A DNA stretch of 64,000 bases from the NCBI GenBank assembly GCA_938075585.1, contig CALJHG010000026.1, forward strand, positions 20,303 to 84,302, in the 5' to 3' direction. This stretch comes from an uncultured Gammaproteobacteria bacterium (lineage in GTDB: Bacteria; Pseudomonadota; Gammaproteobacteria; Ga0077536). Made by a program: the position numbers and the translations under genes. Below are positions 55,584-64,000 of this stretch, piece by piece. Positions within the stretch are counted from its first letter, which is position 1; every line of letters starts with the position of its first letter. The notes below the pieces were generated by a model. It was not told the origin of the DNA and did no database searches. It worked only from the letters and a program-made list of their open reading frames with translations.

Positions 55584-57151
55584 TTGAGAATAAAAGAAGG
55601 TGGGCGCTGTTAAGTGTGTCCGATAAAACTGGAATCGTCGAATTTGCGAAGCGATTAGAAAACCTTGGTTTTGGCGTTCTTTCGACTGGCGGAACTGCTA
55701 TAGCATTGCGCGCCGGGGAGGTAGAGGTGGTTGACGTTTCGGAGTACACAGGATTTCCAGAGTTGATGCAGGGGCGTTTAAAAACATTGCATCCTAAAAT
55801 TCACGGCGGAATCTTAGGGCGACGGAATTTGGATGAGAGCGTTATGGCAGAGCACTCTATAGAGGCGATCGATTTAGTCGCTGTAAACTTATATCCATTT
55901 TCGGCAACGGTAGAACGTCGGGACTGCACCTTTGATGAAGCGATTGAGAATATAGATATAGGTGGGCCAACGATGATTCGTGCCGCCGCTAAGAATCATG
56001 CTGCGGTAGTAGTAATTTGTGATCCAGTGGACTATGACTCTGTAGCTATAGAATTAGAAGAAGTCGGGAGCGTGAGTGATGCACTGCGTTACGGGTTGGC
56101 AGCCAAAGCATTTGGTCACACCTCGAAATATGATCAAGCGATTTATACCTACCTTAATAAAAGTAAGATCGATTCAAAAGAGTTGTTTCCGAAGGAACTA
56201 TCTATTGATGTGTCGCTAAACCAAACGCTGCGCTACGGCGAAAACCCTCACCAGAAAGCCGCTTTTTATAAAGAAAAAGTTGTACCTCAAGGCTCCCTAT
56301 CATCAGCACTACAAGTCCAAGGAAAGGAGTTGTCCTATAATAACATCGCTGATACCGATGCCGCATTAGATATGGTTCGTGCGCTGCAGGGCCCTGCCTG
56401 TTGTATCGTTAAGCATGCGAACCCGTGTGGTGTCGCAGAAGCAACTGATTTGATGACGGCTTATAAATTAGCGTTCGAAACTGATCCAACGTCAGCGTTT
56501 GGGGGGATCATTGCGTTTAATCGAATTTTGACAGGCTCGGTTGCGAGCGCGGTAATTGAGCGGCAATTCGTTGAGGTGATTATAGCGCCTGAAATTGAAG
56601 CAGACGCGGTAAAAATACTACAGAGTAAACCGAACGTTCGCGTGTTATCGACGGGTGTTTGGGAAGCGGAGCCTTTTCGACAGATGGAATATAAACGGGT
56701 TATGGGTGGCATATTAGTGCAGGAAAGGGACTACACAGCACAGCTTATGATGGAGGATGATTTAAAGGTTGTGTCAAAAAGGCGTCCAACTGCGATGGAG
56801 ATCGAAGATATGCTTTTTGCGTGGCGGGTGGCGGCATGCGTGAAGTCTAATGCTATTGTTTATGCAAAGGATAAACGCACTATTGGTGTGGGTGCTGGGC
56901 AAATGAGCCGTATTTACAGCGCTCGGATCGCGGCCATAAAAGCGGAAGATGAAGGGCTAGTCGTTAAAGGCTCTGTTATGGCGTCCGATGCATTCTTTCC
57001 TTTTCGTGATGGTATTGATGCGGCGGCAGAGTCAGGTATCGTAGCGGTTATACAACCAGGGGGCTCAATGCGCGATGATGAAGTAATCGCTGCCGCTGAT
57101 GAGAATGATATGGCCATGGTGTTTACCGGAGAACGGCACTTTAGGCACTAG
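55580..57151 (+). CDS. purH: bifunctional AICAR transformylase / IMP cyclohydrolase
   Basis: 523 aa; MGS-like and AICARFT domains. Confidence 0.95.
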   Translation: MIENKRRWALLSVSDKTGIVEFAKRLENLGFGVLSTGGTAIALRAGEVEVVDVSEYTGFPELMQGRLKTLHPKIHGGILGRRNLDESVMAEHSIEAIDLVAVNLYPFSATVERRDCTFDEAIENIDIGGPTMIRAAAKNHAAVVVICDPVDYDSVAIELEEVGSVSDALRYGLAAKAFGHTSKYDQAIYTYLNKSKIDSKELFPKELSIDVSLNQTLRYGENPHQKAAFYKEKVVPQGSLSSALQVQGKELSYNNIADTDAALDMVRALQGPACCIVKHANPCGVAEATDLMTAYKLAFETDPTSAFGGIIAFNRILTGSVASAVIERQFVEVIIAPEIEADAVKILQSKPNVRVLSTGVWEAEPFRQMEYKRVMGGILVQERDYTAQLMMEDDLKVVSKRRPTAMEIEDMLFAWRVAACVKSNAIVYAKDKRTIGVGAGQMSRIYSARIAAIKAEDEGLVVKGSVMASDAFFPFRDGIDAAAESGIVAVIQPGGSMRDDEVIAAADENDMAMVFTGERHFRH

Positions 57152-57185
57152 TCAGTTTTAATTTTGGATAATTAGGCGATTATAG

Positions 57186-58469
57186 TTGATGAAAGTTTTA
57201 ATAGTCGGCGGCGGTGGTCGCGAACACGCCTTAGCATGGAAATGCGCCCAATCAGTAAATGTCAGCGAGGTGTTTTGTGCTCCAGGAAATATCGGATCTG
57301 GTGAGGAGGACAAAGTAAAAAATATACCAATAGAGGCCGAAAGAATTGATTCTCTAGTGGCTTTTGCGTTGGAAGAGCAGATCACTTTAACTATCATTGG
57401 CCCTGAGGCGCCGTTAGCTGCCGGTATCGTAGATGAATTTAAAAGTGTTGGCCTTCACTGCTTTGGGCCTACTAAAGAGTCCGCTCAACTTGAGGCCTCT
57501 AAATCTTTTACTAAAGATTTTTTGAAGAGGCATGATATTCCGACCGGAGAGTATGAGACTTTTACGCAACTAGACGAGGCGATAGAGTATATTAATCAAA
57601 GGCCAGTTCCAATTGTTGTTAAGGCGGACGGCCTCGCTGCGGGTAAAGGCGTGGTAGTAGCCCGTACGAGGCAAGAGGCGTTAGGAGCGGCGCGTAGCAT
57701 GCTTATTGACAATACTTTTGGAGAGGCGGGTGCGCGCATAGTTGTGGAGGAGTTTTTAGAAGGCGAGGAAGCAAGTTTTATATGTATGAGCGATGGAGAA
57801 ATTGCAATACCATTCGCTTCTTCTCAAGATCATAAGGCAAGAGACAACGGTGATGAGGGTCCTAATACTGGTGGTATGGGCGCCTATTCTCCTGCCCCGA
57901 TCGTCGACAAACGCATGCGGGATAAAATTATGGAAACAATAATTTATCCTACATTAGAAGGGATGAAAAATGATGGCCGGCCCTACCAAGGCTTTCTGTA
58001 TGCAGGCGTGATGATTGGTTCGGATAATGTCCCAAAAGTCCTAGAGTTTAATTGTCGCTTTGGAGATCCAGAGACTCAGCCAATTATGATGCGACTGAAA
58101 TCTGATTTAGCGGAAGCCTGTTTGTCCGTATTAAACGGGGGTGCTAAAAATGTGGCACTTGAGTGGGACTCTCGTGCCTCTTTAGGCGTAGTTTTGGCAG
58201 CTCAAGGTTATCCGCTATCCTATGAGACTGGCGATATTATTAAAGGGCTTGATAGTCATGTAACTGATACAAAAGTTTTTCATGCTGGTACCAAGGAAGT
58301 TGACGGGGAGTGTGTTACCGCGGGGGGGCGGGTGCTGTGTGTAGTCGGGTTGGGTGAAACAGTTGGCGAAGCACAGGCTAGGGCACATTCTAGGGTGGCG
58401 ACGATAGAATGGCGGGGAAAATATTCTCGGACTGATATAGGCTATCGGGCAATTATGCGCGAAAAATAG
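57186..58469 (+). CDS. purD: phosphoribosylamine-glycine ligase
   Basis: 427 aa ATP-grasp. Confidence 0.95.
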   Translation: MMKVLIVGGGGREHALAWKCAQSVNVSEVFCAPGNIGSGEEDKVKNIPIEAERIDSLVAFALEEQITLTIIGPEAPLAAGIVDEFKSVGLHCFGPTKESAQLEASKSFTKDFLKRHDIPTGEYETFTQLDEAIEYINQRPVPIVVKADGLAAGKGVVVARTRQEALGAARSMLIDNTFGEAGARIVVEEFLEGEEASFICMSDGEIAIPFASSQDHKARDNGDEGPNTGGMGAYSPAPIVDKRMRDKIMETIIYPTLEGMKNDGRPYQGFLYAGVMIGSDNVPKVLEFNCRFGDPETQPIMMRLKSDLAEACLSVLNGGAKNVALEWDSRASLGVVLAAQGYPLSYETGDIIKGLDSHVTDTKVFHAGTKEVDGECVTAGGRVLCVVGLGETVGEAQARAHSRVATIEWRGKYSRTDIGYRAIMREK

Positions 58470-58478
58470 GATTTTTTC

Positions 58479-59135
58479 TCAGTCGGTTAGGTTAGCACTA
58501 TTAACATCCCACTTAACAAAATTAGTGAGAAAAGTTAGCCCGTTTTTTGCACTTTTTTCCGGGTGGAATTGGGTAGCAAACACATTGTCTTGGGTCACGG
58601 CGGAGGTAAATTCTTGTATGTATTTGGTGCTACTAGCAACGATTTTTGGATTAGATGTATCTACAAAGTAGCTATGCACAAAATAAAAGTACGAGCCGCT
58701 CGGGATCCCTCGAGTCAAAAAGTGGGAATCTGTCCAATGCACTCGGTTCCATCCCATATGCGGGATTTTCTCTAGACTTGTTCGATTATTAGAGCGGACA
58801 AATCGTTTCACATTGCCTGAGAAAATGTTTAGACAGTCGACTCCATTGTTTTCGTCACTACAAGTCATCAACGATTGCAATCCCAAGCAGATCCCTAAAA
58901 ATGGTTTTGAAGCAATACAGTATTTTATGGACTCAATTAGATCTAGCTGCTTCAGCTGATTCATACAGTCGCCTATAGCGCCTTGTCCCGGGAAAACCGC
59001 CCGGTCGCAATCTCTTATGATTTTTGGATCATTTGTCACTCGGACTTTTTGGCCAGGCAATGCGACAGCTTCAAGAGCTTTACTAACGGAGCGCAGGTTA
59101 CTGCTTCCATAATCAATAACTGCAATATGAGACAT
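58479..59135 (-). CDS. hisH: imidazole glycerol phosphate synthase glutaminase subunit
   Basis: 218 aa class I GATase (GICLGLQ). Confidence 0.9.
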   Translation of the reverse strand: MSHIAVIDYGSSNLRSVSKALEAVALPGQKVRVTNDPKIIRDCDRAVFPGQGAIGDCMNQLKQLDLIESIKYCIASKPFLGICLGLQSLMTCSDENNGVDCLNIFSGNVKRFVRSNNRTSLEKIPHMGWNRVHWTDSHFLTRGIPSGSYFYFVHSYFVDTSNPKIVASSTKYIQEFTSAVTQDNVFATQFHPEKSAKNGLTFLTNFVKWDVNSANLTD

Positions 59136-59155
59136 ACTTAGGCCAGGTCGAAATT

Positions 59156-59752
59156 TTAAAGGACGCCTTTTGTGGATGGCATAGTTCCTTCCATTCGAGT
59201 ATCGTATTGGACTGCCATCCGTAATGCGCGGCCTAATGCTTTGAATACAGTTTCTATAATATGATGCGCATTACGTCCTCTAATGCTATCGATATGGACA
59301 GTACACTGTGCGTGATTTACGAAGCCCTGGAAAAACTCGAGAAAAAGGTCAACATCAAAGTCCCCAATTCGTGCCCGGGGGAAATCCACCTCATATATGA
59401 GTCCAGGTCGACCCGACAGATCGATTACTACCCGAGATAATGCCTCATCCAGCGGCACATAGGCATGACCGTATCGTGTGATAGATTTTTTGTCGCCAAC
59501 CGCTTTTGAAATAGCTTGACCAAGTGTTATACCAACATCTTCAACAGTGTGATGCGCATCGATTTCAAGATCGCCAATCGCTTTAACATTAAGGTCAATC
59601 AGACCATGGCGAGCTATTTGATCCAGCATGTGCTCGAGCAGCGGAACACCTGTTTCAAACGTACCTTTACCACTCCCATCTAAGTCGACTTCCACTGTGA
59701 TATCGGTCTCGTTAGTTTTTCTAGCGATGCTGGCTTTACGTGTAGTTGTCAT
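59156..59752 (-). CDS. hisB: imidazoleglycerol-phosphate dehydratase
   Basis: 198 aa, monofunctional IGPD. Confidence 0.9.
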   Translation of the reverse strand: MTTTRKASIARKTNETDITVEVDLDGSGKGTFETGVPLLEHMLDQIARHGLIDLNVKAIGDLEIDAHHTVEDVGITLGQAISKAVGDKKSITRYGHAYVPLDEALSRVVIDLSGRPGLIYEVDFPRARIGDFDVDLFLEFFQGFVNHAQCTVHIDSIRGRNAHHIIETVFKALGRALRMAVQYDTRMEGTMPSTKGVL

Positions 59753-59847
59753 TTTTTATATATACTGATTAGCTGACTATTGTGGCGTACATTAACAGGT
59801 CGTGCCACGTTTGGTAAGTAAAAGAAACAAAAATATGATGGAACCTT

Positions 59848-60774
59848 ATGATTAAAGCTGCTGAAAGTCCCAATATTTCGATTATAGAACAGTGGCTTAC
59901 TAGCTTCCAAGACAGTGTTTGTAATTCTCTTGAAGGGAGAGATGGTTCAGCAAAATTTGTTGAAGATAAATGGGAGCGGACAGGGTTCGGCTTTGGTCGC
60001 ACAAAAATCATGTCGCAAGGCTCTGTCTTTGAACAAGCTGGAGTGAATTTTTCCTCTGTCAAAGGGGACGCCCTTCCTCCGGCCGCTACAGCGAAAAGAC
60101 CGGAGTTAGTGGGTAGGAGCTTCCGGGCGATGGGGGTGTCTATTGTTGTTCATCCGAATAATCCCTATGTCCCAACAACTCACGCAAATTTAAGGTTTAT
60201 CCGAGCGGACAAAGATGGGGAAGAGCCGGTTTGGTGGTTCGGTGGCGGATTTGATTTGACGCCCTACTACGGTTTTGAGGAAGACGCGATCTTTTGGCAT
60301 ACCGCTGCCCGAGACGCCTGCAGTAAATACGGGGAAGATATTTACCCAAAATTTAAACAGTGGTGTGATGATTATTTTTATATTAAGCACCGAAATGAGC
60401 AACGAGGAATTGGAGGCATATTCTTTGATGACTTGAACCAATGGTCATTTGATAGGTGTTTTGAATTTGTCCGTGGAGTCGGTGCAGGATTTTTGAAGGG
60501 ATATTTACCGATCGTTGAATTAAGACGAAATACTCAATTTTCGGACAATGAAAGAGAGTTCCAGCTTTATCGTCGAGGTCGTTATGTTGAATTTAATTTA
60601 GTTTATGATCGAGGTACGTTATTTGGCCTTCAGTCTGGCGGGCGAACCGAGTCAATTTTAATGTCACTTCCTCCGCTTGTACGCTGGAGTTATAGCCGCG
60701 TTCCTAAGCCGGGTAGCGAAGAGGCTAGGTTGTCGGACTATTTTCTCAAGCCCAAGGATTGGGTTAACAATTAA
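59848..60774 (+). CDS. hemF: oxygen-dependent coproporphyrinogen III oxidase
   Basis: 308 aa; [13 protein letters not shown]. Confidence 0.9.
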   Translation: MIKAAESPNISIIEQWLTSFQDSVCNSLEGRDGSAKFVEDKWERTGFGFGRTKIMSQGSVFEQAGVNFSSVKGDALPPAATAKRPELVGRSFRAMGVSIVVHPNNPYVPTTHANLRFIRADKDGEEPVWWFGGGFDLTPYYGFEEDAIFWHTAARDACSKYGEDIYPKFKQWCDDYFYIKHRNEQRGIGGIFFDDLNQWSFDRCFEFVRGVGAGFLKGYLPIVELRRNTQFSDNEREFQLYRRGRYVEFNLVYDRGTLFGLQSGGRTESILMSLPPLVRWSYSRVPKPGSEEARLSDYFLKPKDWVNN

Positions 60775-60883
60775 TAGTTCTGTACGTTAGACTTATAGAA
60801 AGTTACTACCCCCCCTGATTTTTGAAGATGGCTATTCAGTTGGTAACAGTATCGATTTGGATTAAAAAAATTATGCAGCTTTT

Positions 60884-61975
60884 TTAGCTCGTGTTTGGGG
60901 TGTTTGGAGCAATACCATTTTCTATTAAGACTTTTCTAAGTCCTTTAATAGCTGGAAATACTTCATTATTCAGATCACTGCCTTGATTATTGAAAGCGTT
61001 TTGTTCTAGTTCGCATATGATGCGATCCTCTTTAAAAATACCGTTAGTGAACCAAACGATGAAAGGCCAAAAGACGTCAAGTAATAAACTAATTTTTGGC
61101 CGTCGGATCATCATCAGGCCAAAGGTATGATTTTTTCGATTTTCTTTGTCTATTGGTACATAAATATTCCATAGATCGAGCGCGGGCTCCTCACTGCCCG
61201 CAGTCCAGAATTTCAGGGTCTGATAAGGATATTCCGTTCTTATTGTCATCAGGTCTCGTTCGCCGAGCGCCGCTTTTGGCCGATCACCGAGCATAAATTT
61301 TTCGCCTAAAGGTTGACTGCCACTGGCGCGCGTAAATGTGTAATCACTTTCAAACCAATTACTACCGTGGCGCATTCCTAAAAACATCGTTTTTATGCCG
61401 CCCATCAGTTTTCTGTGAAGGAACTGGTGATTCATATCCATGAGGTTCTCATGCATAAAGGTATAATGACAATCTACAGTACGGTCTAAGTATCTTGTTT
61501 TGTACTTAGGGTTAGTTGCCGAAGGCACGTTCGGAAATGTTTCATCGGTAGCTTTATCAATATCACCAGGAAATATAAAAATAAGACCGTAGGCTTCTTT
61601 GGACGGATAATGTTTAACGTTATTACGCTTAGTTTTACGCGCATCTAGATACGGAATACTGATGCAATCACCGTTCGCATCATATTCCCAGCCGTGGTAC
61701 CCGCATTTTATAGTGCAACCCGACACTTTCCCAATATCCAGTGGTACCTGTCTATGGGCACAGCGGTTTTCTAAAGCAAAGAGTTTTCCTTTTGTTGGTC
61801 TTACAAGAACTATCGATTCGCCTGAAAAGCTCACAGCTCGGGTTTTTCCTATTTTGACGTCTTTTGAGCGAGCTATGGGATACCAGAAGTTTGGATCAAT
61901 TAAGGTCTTTCGAATGTCCGCCACCTCTTCGCCAAACTCGATTGGAGAGACGTCGGGAAAGTTTTCTGCAGACAT
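60884..61975 (-). CDS. Rieske [2Fe-2S] non-heme iron oxygenase, alpha-subunit-like
   Basis: 363 aa; Rieske CAH-X16-CGYH, followed by a His-rich stretch (DCHYTFMHENLMDMNHQFLH) compatible with a mononuclear Fe site. Confidence 0.7.
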   Translation of the reverse strand: MSAENFPDVSPIEFGEEVADIRKTLIDPNFWYPIARSKDVKIGKTRAVSFSGESIVLVRPTKGKLFALENRCAHRQVPLDIGKVSGCTIKCGYHGWEYDANGDCISIPYLDARKTKRNNVKHYPSKEAYGLIFIFPGDIDKATDETFPNVPSATNPKYKTRYLDRTVDCHYTFMHENLMDMNHQFLHRKLMGGIKTMFLGMRHGSNWFESDYTFTRASGSQPLGEKFMLGDRPKAALGERDLMTIRTEYPYQTLKFWTAGSEEPALDLWNIYVPIDKENRKNHTFGLMMIRRPKISLLLDVFWPFIVWFTNGIFKEDRIICELEQNAFNNQGSDLNNEVFPAIKGLRKVLIENGIAPNTPNTS

Positions 61976-62033
61976 GCTGTGGCCTTTAAAATGAGTCTAT
62001 AGACACATACTAGCGCGTTAAGGTGCTTGTAGG

Positions 62034-62501
62034 CTAATATAAACCAAGTTCGAGGCCGGCGGAAATAGTCATGCCGAGTTCGCGACATGACTCGAGTTCT
62101 TGTGATGTAACACCTTTTTTACAAATCATAGGTTCTGCTACGTTGTTCCATCCTAAGCCCGTGATAATTTTCTTCATGGATGAGACTGCCCCACTCCCAT
62201 CATTGTCAGCTGCCACGAATAACGCGTAACTTAGTCCGCGCGTGCATTCAATGCATTCGTAATAAATTTCCTCAAAAAAATATTTTATTGGACCTGACAT
62301 GTAACCAAAATTTTCAGGAGTTCCAATGATAATAGCTTGGCAAGTTTTTACTGTTTCAGGAGTGACTTTTAAAGGATTAACTAGCTCCACTGTTGTTCCG
62401 GAGACAGCCGTAGCACCACTAATAATTGCATCGGCCATTTTTTTTACAGTACCGGATTTGGAGTGGTAAACAATGAGTAGTTTATTTGGGACGTTATCCA
62501 T
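62034..62501 (-). CDS. flavodoxin-like fold protein (WrbA/NADPH-FMN reductase-like)
   Basis: Trimmed to the internal Met (MDNVPNKLLIVYHSKSGTVKKMADAI...), a flavodoxin-like N-terminus and a TPENFGYMSGPIKYFFE motif. The longer 228-aa ORF would run into the divergent hydrolase gene. Confidence 0.5.
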   Translation of the reverse strand: MDNVPNKLLIVYHSKSGTVKKMADAIISGATAVSGTTVELVNPLKVTPETVKTCQAIIIGTPENFGYMSGPIKYFFEEIYYECIECTRGLSYALFVAADNDGSGAVSSMKKIITGLGWNNVAEPMICKKGVTSQELESCRELGMTISAGLELGLY

Positions 62502-62565
62502 ATATTTACGTTTGGCTGGAATTATAAGCATACTATAGCTTCCAGTTACCGCATAAGGAAGACTC

Positions 62566-63459
62566 ATGAAGTCAGAGAGACAATTGCTAGAAGTTCCAAT
62601 TAGTGATGGCGTATTGACGGTGGCGCGATGGATAGCTGAAGGACCAAGGATTTTGTTAGTGCACGGTATTTCTTCTTCCCATATGGCATGGTATGACATC
62701 GCAAATTGTTTACATGACAAGGGTTATGACATTATCGCTCCTGATCTGAGAGGTCGTGGTGCAAGCAGTTCTGTGCACGGAGGGTACGGATTAAAAGCGC
62801 ATGAGAATGATCTTATACAGATAATAAATTATTTTTCGGGTAAGCCAGTTACGCTGGTAGGCCATTCGATGGGAGCCTACATCGGAGTGAAATTCGCAGA
62901 GAACTTTCCCGAATATTTAGAGCGTTTAATACTAGTAGATGGTGGAATTGCATTACCTCGGCCTATGAATGTTGAGCCTGAGGCGTATCTTCTTAAAACC
63001 TTAGGACCAGCCCTAGATAGGCTTTCCTTAGAGTTTGACGATAAAGAGGCATATTTTAATTTTTGGCGTGCTCACCCGTCTTTTAGCGATCCTACAAATT
63101 GGAGTGAGGGGGTTGAGCACTTCTTAGAGTATGATTTAGAGTCTACAGAAAGTGGAAGATTCAAGAGTCGGGTCTCGAAGGACGCAGTTTTGAAAGATGG
63201 GGGAGATCTAATGGCACCAAGCATGGCGACGATGATAAATAAGGTCAAGACGCCTATGCTATTACTTACCGCAGAACGGGGTCTCCTAAATCAGGAAAAA
63301 CCGATGTTGCCAGTGGCGGCAGTAAAAGAAAAAGTGACGTTAATAGAACATTTGGCGTGGCAAGAAATTGCTAGAACGAACCATTACTCTATCACCCTCT
63401 CTACAGGCATTGCTCCGGTTTCAGCTGCGATCCAAAATTTTTGTCACTCCTGCAAATGA
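62566..63459 (+). CDS. alpha/beta hydrolase fold protein
   Basis: 297 aa; LVGHSMGAYIG nucleophile elbow, ILLVHGISSS oxyanion region. Confidence 0.7.
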   Translation: MKSERQLLEVPISDGVLTVARWIAEGPRILLVHGISSSHMAWYDIANCLHDKGYDIIAPDLRGRGASSSVHGGYGLKAHENDLIQIINYFSGKPVTLVGHSMGAYIGVKFAENFPEYLERLILVDGGIALPRPMNVEPEAYLLKTLGPALDRLSLEFDDKEAYFNFWRAHPSFSDPTNWSEGVEHFLEYDLESTESGRFKSRVSKDAVLKDGGDLMAPSMATMINKVKTPMLLLTAERGLLNQEKPMLPVAAVKEKVTLIEHLAWQEIARTNHYSITLSTGIAPVSAAIQNFCHSCK

Positions 63460-63462
63460 TTG

Positions 63463-64000
63463 TCAAATACTAGTTGCCTCAGTTGCTTTTTCAGCGCCGC
63501 GCAGTGTTTGCTTGCGGGCATTTTCTGTCAGCTCACGTTTACGTAATCTAACCGCCTTTGGGGTAACTTCAACTAGTTCATCATCCGCAATAAATTCTAA
63601 GGCTTGCTCGAGATCGAAGAGTACAGGCGGCGTTAAAATCAAATTCTCATCATTTCCGGCAGCGCGTATATTGTTAAGTTGTTTCGCTTTGAGTGGATTA
63701 ACTACTAGATCATTATCCCTAGAATGTTGACCGACTATCATGCCCTCGAACACTTCATCGCCATGATTTACGAAAAGACGTCCTCTTTCTTGGAGGTTAA
63801 AAAGGGCGAAGGCCAGCGCTTTCCCCGCTCCGTTAGAAATTAATACACCTTTGTTTCGTGCTCCTATAATGCCTTGTTCTGCTTCTTTATAGTCTTCGAA
63901 GCTAGAAAACATTAGCCCATTTCCGGAAGTCGCAGTCATAAACTCTGTGCGAAAGCCAATTAGACCTCGAGCTGGTATTGAGTAGTCCAGTCGGACTCGC
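63463..64000 (-). CDS. typA: translational GTPase TypA/BipA, C-terminal part (5' end beyond window)
   Basis: The reading frame stays open to the window edge. The C-terminal sequence ...VEVTPKAVRLRKRELTENARK matches the BipA C-terminal domain. Confidence 0.75.
   Translation of the reverse strand, partial: RVRLDYSIPARGLIGFRTEFMTATSGNGLMFSSFEDYKEAEQGIIGARNKGVLISNGAGKALAFALFNLQERGRLFVNHGDEVFEGMIVGQHSRDNDLVVNPLKAKQLNNIRAAGNDENLILTPPVLFDLEQALEFIADDELVEVTPKAVRLRKRELTENARKQTLRGAEKATEATSI

Noticed and set aside
60775-60883. Bidirectional terminator between convergent hemF and the Rieske oxygenase gene (A6-TTATGCAGC-T6 / AGCT-T5-AGCT)
   Set aside because: The stems are AT-only or 4 bp long, too weak to call a rho-independent terminator with confidence.
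62502-62720. Long 228-aa version of the flavodoxin-like ORF
   Set aside because: The upstream part overlaps the divergent alpha/beta hydrolase start and has no flavodoxin-like sequence. The internal Met at 62501 gives the normal flavodoxin-fold N-terminus.

Overview
This window looks like core gammaproteobacterial chromosome, about 40% GC, with local gene order close to Pseudomonadales/Oceanospirillales. Almost all of it is housekeeping and densely coding. Main blocks, in order: proC(3' end)-yggT-metXW, xthA, pyrE, slmA-argB-coaBC, rpmBG, a DesA-type desaturase next to an orphan hydantoinase-A-like gene, mutM, ggt-fdx-coaD-rsmD and an M16 peptidase pair, ftsY-rpoH (no ftsEX between them), a full aa3-type cytochrome c oxidase and assembly cluster (coxBA-cox11-coxC, a small twin-TM protein, SURF1, a hypothetical, ctaA, ctaB), bioBFCD, and the replication-initiation locus gyrB-recF-dnaN-dnaA (-) diverging from rpmH-rnpA-yidC-mnmE (+). 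After mnmE come a five-gene LPS inner-core glycosyltransferase cluster, ilvE, an aminotransferase, fxsA, dsbD-tlpA-aroQ-accBC-prmA-dusB-fis-purHD, hisBH, hemF, a small Rieske oxygenase/flavodoxin-like/alpha-beta hydrolase cluster, and the 3' part of typA. I found no mobile elements, CRISPR arrays, tRNA or rRNA genes, or obvious defence or toxin systems. The most notable points are the regulatory sites (a BirA operator and DnaA boxes), missing expected neighbours (ftsEX, yidD, bioH, dut, the hydantoinase B subunit), and a few poorly characterised genes (a cox-cluster CxxxC protein, the Rieske/flavodoxin pair). All calls rest on reading the six-frame translations for family motifs and on synteny; I ran no database searches.
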